DNA from: an uncultured bacterium
GTDB taxonomy: Bacteria > Babelota > Babeliae > Babelales > Babelaceae
Assembly: GCA_963848965.1 (NCBI GenBank)
Contig: CAWKFG010000001.1
Coordinates: forward strand, 96,001-160,000
Reading direction: 5' to 3'
DNA length: 64,000 nucleotides
Shown here: positions 60,527 to 64,000 of the stretch, piece after piece
Layout of the letters: every line of letters begins with the position of its first letter
Position numbering within the stretch: the first letter of the stretch is position 1
Program-made: the position numbers and the translations under genes
The notes under the pieces: model-generated
The model's database searches: none
What the model was told of the DNA's origin: nothing
What the model saw: the letters and a program-made list of their open reading frames with translations, nothing else

Positions 60527-61645
60527 ATGTATAAAAAAGGGCTTTTAAGCCTGCTTGTGCTGCTCCAGAGCATGCCACTGTTAAGTATAGTTCCGCAAGA
60601 GGAACCTGTACGTTCTTTTGATTTAAAAAGAGCATTTAATAAAAAGAATGTTATTCCTATTGCGATTATAGGATCGGGTCCTGCAGGATTTACTGCAGCA
60701 ATGTATGGTAAGCGGCTTGGTTATCCTACTACCGTTTTTACAGGACCGTTAATTGGAGGACAACTTACAGAAACTACTCTTATTGAAAACTGGCCAGGAG
60801 TAAAAAAGACAGAAGGATATACTGTTATGCAGATACTTCAGGATCAAGCAGAAGAAGTGGGAGCAGTAATTGTAGAAGATACTGTTGTACAGGTTGATTT
60901 TGGACAATGGCCTTTTGTATTGCATACAGAAGGAAAGTTAAAAGTACATGCACTTGCAGTTATTATAGCTACAGGAGCTGCTCCTCGCAAGCTTGGAGTA
61001 CCTGGTGAGCTTGAATATTGGGGTAAGGGAGTAACTGCGTGCAGTGTCTGTGACTGTGTATTTTTTAAAGGTAAAGATGTTGTTGTAGTAGGTGGCGGTG
61101 ATTCTGCTGTTGAAGAGGCAACACAGCTTTCTCGTTATGCTCGTTCTGTTACTATTCTTGTTCGTAAAGATAGAATGAGAGCTGCACCTATTATGCAAGA
61201 AAAGTTAGAAGACTATAAAAATGTTAAGATTGTGTATAATAAACAGATACTTAAAGTACTGGGTGATAAAGCTAAGCTAACAGGGCTTGAAGTACTTAAT
61301 ACAGATACTCAAAAGATAGAGACGCTTAAAACCGATGGTCTTTTTCTTGCCATAGGTCGAAATCCAAATACAGATCTTTTTAAAGATTACTTAAAGCTTA
61401 CACGCAACGGCTATATACATCTTGAAGACCGTTCTCAAATGACTTCAGTTCCTGGTGTCTATGCAGCGGGAGATGCGCAAGACAGTGAATTCCGTCAAGC
61501 AGTTGTAGCAGCAGGAGATGCTTGTAAAGCTGCGTTCGAAGCAACACAATGGCTTCATAAGATTGGTCTTACAGATCTTGCTATTAAACGTCATACTTCA
61601 TCATTTTTTGATAGCAAAGCTTATAAAGAAAATCTTACTAACTAA
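60527..61645 (+). CDS. trxB: Thioredoxin reductase with N-terminal signal-peptide-like extension
   Basis: IIGSGPAG, GGQL, IENWPG, CSVCD, VVGGGDSA, YAAGD. Confidence 0.93.
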   Translation: MYKKGLLSLLVLLQSMPLLSIVPQEEPVRSFDLKRAFNKKNVIPIAIIGSGPAGFTAAMYGKRLGYPTTVFTGPLIGGQLTETTLIENWPGVKKTEGYTVMQILQDQAEEVGAVIVEDTVVQVDFGQWPFVLHTEGKLKVHALAVIIATGAAPRKLGVPGELEYWGKGVTACSVCDCVFFKGKDVVVVGGGDSAVEEATQLSRYARSVTILVRKDRMRAAPIMQEKLEDYKNVKIVYNKQILKVLGDKAKLTGLEVLNTDTQKIETLKTDGLFLAIGRNPNTDLFKDYLKLTRNGYIHLEDRSQMTSVPGVYAAGDAQDSEFRQAVVAAGDACKAAFEATQWLHKIGLTDLAIKRHTSSFFDSKAYKENLTN

Positions 61646-61670
61646 AAAGGCGGAGCTTAGCTCCGCCTTT
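61645..61670. terminator. Bidirectional terminator
   Basis: AAAGGCGGAGCT-t-AGCTCCGCCTTT between convergent trxB and brnQ. Confidence 0.85.
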
Positions 61671-61671
61671 C

Positions 61672-62916
61672 TTATTGCTGTACTGGAGAGTCAGTATTAT
61701 CAGGAGCTGGTGTAACAGTAGGAATTCCTTCACGAAGTGTCTTAATGAAGTCTGGTCCATATACTACACTGCTTATAATAAATGTTGCTAGCACAGGAAG
61801 TTTAACTGGCTTGAAGCCCCACAATTTATAAGCTATATTACAGAACGTAAGTACTACAAGTACAGGATAGCCTAGCAAAATAAGTGGCTCTGAGTAAGCA
61901 AGCAACTTATCAAGCGTAAACTGTGCTATTACCGTAGTGGTAGCAAGTACTATAATAAGTGCTGTAGTATAATTGATCTTTTTGTTAAATACATCATTTC
62001 TCAGATATTCACTGACTACTGAAGCAAGTGCTATCATAGTAGATAAACAAGCAACTAAGACAGTGATACCAATAAAGAGTGACCCTGAAGGTCCTAAAAC
62101 TCTTTCTGTAACAATCTGGAACATTTTTCCTGCACCCAGAGCATGATTGAGACCTTGGCCATGGAAAGCGCCTAAATAAGCTATACCTGCATAGACGACA
62201 GCTAACAAAAATCCGCCAATAAGGCCGCCACGTAACATAATGCGTGCAAGAGCTCGTGAATCTGCAGCAGTATGTACATCAAGTGTTTTTCTTAAAATAG
62301 AAATAATGATATAGCCAAAGAATATAGTAGCTAACAGATCAAGCGTATTGTACCCTCTGTTAAATCCATAGAGGAATGAATCAAATGAGGATAAATTGGT
62401 AAGCTGAGCTGGCTTAGCTGTCCACAAACCTATTGCTATAATAACGCCAAGTGAGAGTAACTTGAGTGGACTCAAAATTTTACCAAGAAGATCTACAATA
62501 GTATTTTTCTTGTAGCAGCAAATAAAAGTGAGTACTGCAAATGCAAGGCTAAATGGCAAAATTGACATATGTTTTGACAATGTAGGACCCATAAGATCAT
62601 ACGTAAGACCTACAATTCGTGGCATAACCAATAACGGACCTATAACGAGCATACAAAAGAGAATAAATAGTGCTCCAGGAATTTTGCCAATTCTATAGAA
62701 GAAAGCTCTATAGTCACCATCAAAGAATACCATACCAATGAGGCCTGCAAGTGGTAACAAGATGCCACTCAAAATAAAGCCAATAAGGCCGAGTCCTACA
62801 TAGTTACCAGTAACTACACCAGTTTTAAGAGGAAAAATAAGGTTGCCTGCACCAAAAAGCATTGCAAATATTGCAAGGCCGGTGACAACTGTATTCGATT
62901 GTAAATACTTTTTCAT
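61672..62916 (-). CDS. brnQ: Branched-chain amino acid transporter BrnQ (LIVCS)
   Basis: FAMLFGAGNLIFP, IGPL..MPR, GYNTLDLLA, ACLST. Confidence 0.93.
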   Translation of the reverse strand: MKKYLQSNTVVTGLAIFAMLFGAGNLIFPLKTGVVTGNYVGLGLIGFILSGILLPLAGLIGMVFFDGDYRAFFYRIGKIPGALFILFCMLVIGPLLVMPRIVGLTYDLMGPTLSKHMSILPFSLAFAVLTFICCYKKNTIVDLLGKILSPLKLLSLGVIIAIGLWTAKPAQLTNLSSFDSFLYGFNRGYNTLDLLATIFFGYIIISILRKTLDVHTAADSRALARIMLRGGLIGGFLLAVVYAGIAYLGAFHGQGLNHALGAGKMFQIVTERVLGPSGSLFIGITVLVACLSTMIALASVVSEYLRNDVFNKKINYTTALIIVLATTTVIAQFTLDKLLAYSEPLILLGYPVLVVLTFCNIAYKLWGFKPVKLPVLATFIISSVVYGPDFIKTLREGIPTVTPAPDNTDSPVQQ

Positions 62917-63001
62917 TGAATTCCTTTATGCACACTATACGGGCATTAGTTGTTTTTATAAAAATATGAGATACAAAAATTTAAGGAGTCGGTAGAGGAC
63001 T

Positions 63002-63121
63002 TTAGAGAATAATCGTAGCCGTAATGGCCCACATCAGATAAGAATAACAGGCAAAGAAGAGAGAAGAAAAAGAAGTAGTAACCAAAGCTTTTTTTACAAC
63101 GTGCGGTAATTTATTGCCCAT
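63002..63121 (-). CDS. Small hydrophobic ORF (39 aa) upstream of brnQ
   Basis: RBS AGGAG then MGNKLPHVVKKALVTTSFSSLFFACYSYLMWAITATIIL. Confidence 0.5.
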   Translation of the reverse strand: MGNKLPHVVKKALVTTSFSSLFFACYSYLMWAITATIIL

Positions 63122-63249
63122 CTCAGGCTCCTTTACTTAGAGTTAATGTATTTCACTATCTCTTAAAATATACTAACATTCAATTTAATGCAAGTATATT
63201 TTGTGCTGTAACGCATGTACCCTTTGCTAAACTGTTGCTCCTTAACTAT

Positions 63250-63634
63250 AAGGGACGCTGTCCCTTTAACCCTGGCAAGGGCACGCCCTTGCAACCCGCT
63301 TTGTTTGCTCAGAGCTTCGCTCCTCGCTAGTTCTTTAGAGCAAAAAAACGTACCGATTTTTTGCAGTTGCACGCCGCTACGCGAGTCTCCATCCCAGGTG
63401 GAACGCACCTGGTCTGACGACACTCTGTTTACAGAAATACTATTGATGTGAAACTACCAATAAGTGGAACGAGAGTCAGCAACAGGCAACCAGGGAGTTC
63501 CCCTGGTTGCTTAAATCGCGTAGCGACTGCTATTGTTAAAAAACGCTGAGCGTTTTTTAACGCAGAAAAAGAATAAAGAAGCAAAAGGGTTCTAGGGCCT
63601 TGGCCCTAGCGGGGTGAAGGGGCGGCGCCCCTCA
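63250..63634. other. Highly structured non-coding element with imperfect double-hairpin terminal inverted repeats
   Basis: At least 9 hairpins plus long-range complementary blocks; GC-richer than the surrounding AT-rich intergenic DNA. Confidence 0.75.
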
Positions 63635-63635
63635 G

Positions 63636-64000
63636 TTAGCTGTTAGAGAAGGTGTCTAGAGCAGCACGTAGGCCTGCAGCTATGCGGGTAGTTTCAGTTG
63701 CTTGAGCGTAAGGTAGCCAGCTTGTGCGAGCATATGTTTGCAGGGGAGTAAGAGTTGGCAGAAGGTTGGGTGACCGGCAGAGTGTATGCTTAGTTGCAGG
63801 ATTAATAAGATGTAGATGGCAGTCATCAATAGAAGCCTTGATAGCGAGGTCTAGAGTGGATAGCAGAGGTTGTGCTTGATTGAGTGTATGCAGGAGGGCA
63901 GGGATAAGAACAACGAGTGGTAGGGGTGAAAGGGCGTTGCGTATGGCTTTAACTTCAGGAGAGTCGGTGGTGAAGAACGGTAAGTTGTATTGGTTGAGAA
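63636..64000 (-). CDS. Hypothetical protein, C-terminal part (start outside window)
   Basis: Open frame of 120 codons ending ...IAAGLRAALDTFSNS with TAA at 63636. Confidence 0.6.
   Translation of the reverse strand, partial: LNQYNLPFFTTDSPEVKAIRNALSPLPLVVLIPALLHTLNQAQPLLSTLDLAIKASIDDCHLHLINPATKHTLCRSPNLLPTLTPLQTYARTSWLPYAQATETTRIAAGLRAALDTFSNS

Noticed and set aside
2010..61715. Numerous short antisense or alternate-frame ORFs inside ffh, trmD, ankyrin, ribosomal and trxB genes
   Set aside because: Shadow ORFs of well-supported genes with no independent evidence.
63163..63451. Track ORFs 63163-63423 (-) and 63215-63451 (+)
   Set aside because: They overlap the GC-rich structured element, lack an RBS and recognisable motifs, and are probably incidental.
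63394..63475. GGTGGAACGC / AGTGGAACGA resembling a T-box for brnQ
   Set aside because: They are on the opposite strand to brnQ, deviate from the T-box consensus, and lack a following terminator.
63250..63634. HEARO/omega RNA, group I or II intron, or retron identity for the structured element
   Set aside because: Only short coincidental words match; no domain V, no P7-type core, and no adjacent IscB, TnpB or RT is visible in the window.
1..64000. CRISPR array, tRNA, rRNA or prophage
   Set aside because: No regularly spaced repeat-spacer units, cloverleafs, rRNA-like tracts or phage genes were recognised by eye; ankyrin periodicity explains the coding repeats.

Overview
AT-rich bacterial chromosome segment, most consistent with a host-dependent intracellular bacterium such as Candidatus Dependentiae/Babelota (TM6). 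This is inferred from the many signal-peptide ankyrin proteins, the TrmD fusion and the pruned operons, not from a database search. Housekeeping genes: hflX, ffh-rpsP-khpA-trmD-rplS, murC, yidC-recR, pepP, rplM, rseP, a continuous str-S10-spc-alpha ribosomal superoperon (35.5-54.6 kb; no rpmD; rplO split by a 1-nt frameshift), trxB and brnQ. A probable host-manipulation repertoire is interspersed. (1) A tandem array of exported ankyrin proteins (22.7-35.0 kb); four members end in a C-terminal F-box-like motif, one is split by a complete IS5-family element and one is a decayed pseudogene. (2) A eukaryote-type C2H2 zinc-finger cassette and an ankyrin protein with a RING-like tail. (3) Five tandem exported membrane proteins with repeated Gly/Ala hydrophobic segments (55-60 kb). 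(4) Signal-peptide versions of normally cytoplasmic enzymes (an adenylate-kinase-like protein and thioredoxin reductase). Thirteen exported proteins have a Met immediately after the predicted signal-peptidase site. A ~385-bp GC-rich, highly self-complementary non-coding element with imperfect double-hairpin terminal inverted repeats lies at 63.25-63.63 kb. No rRNA, tRNA or CRISPR array was recognised.
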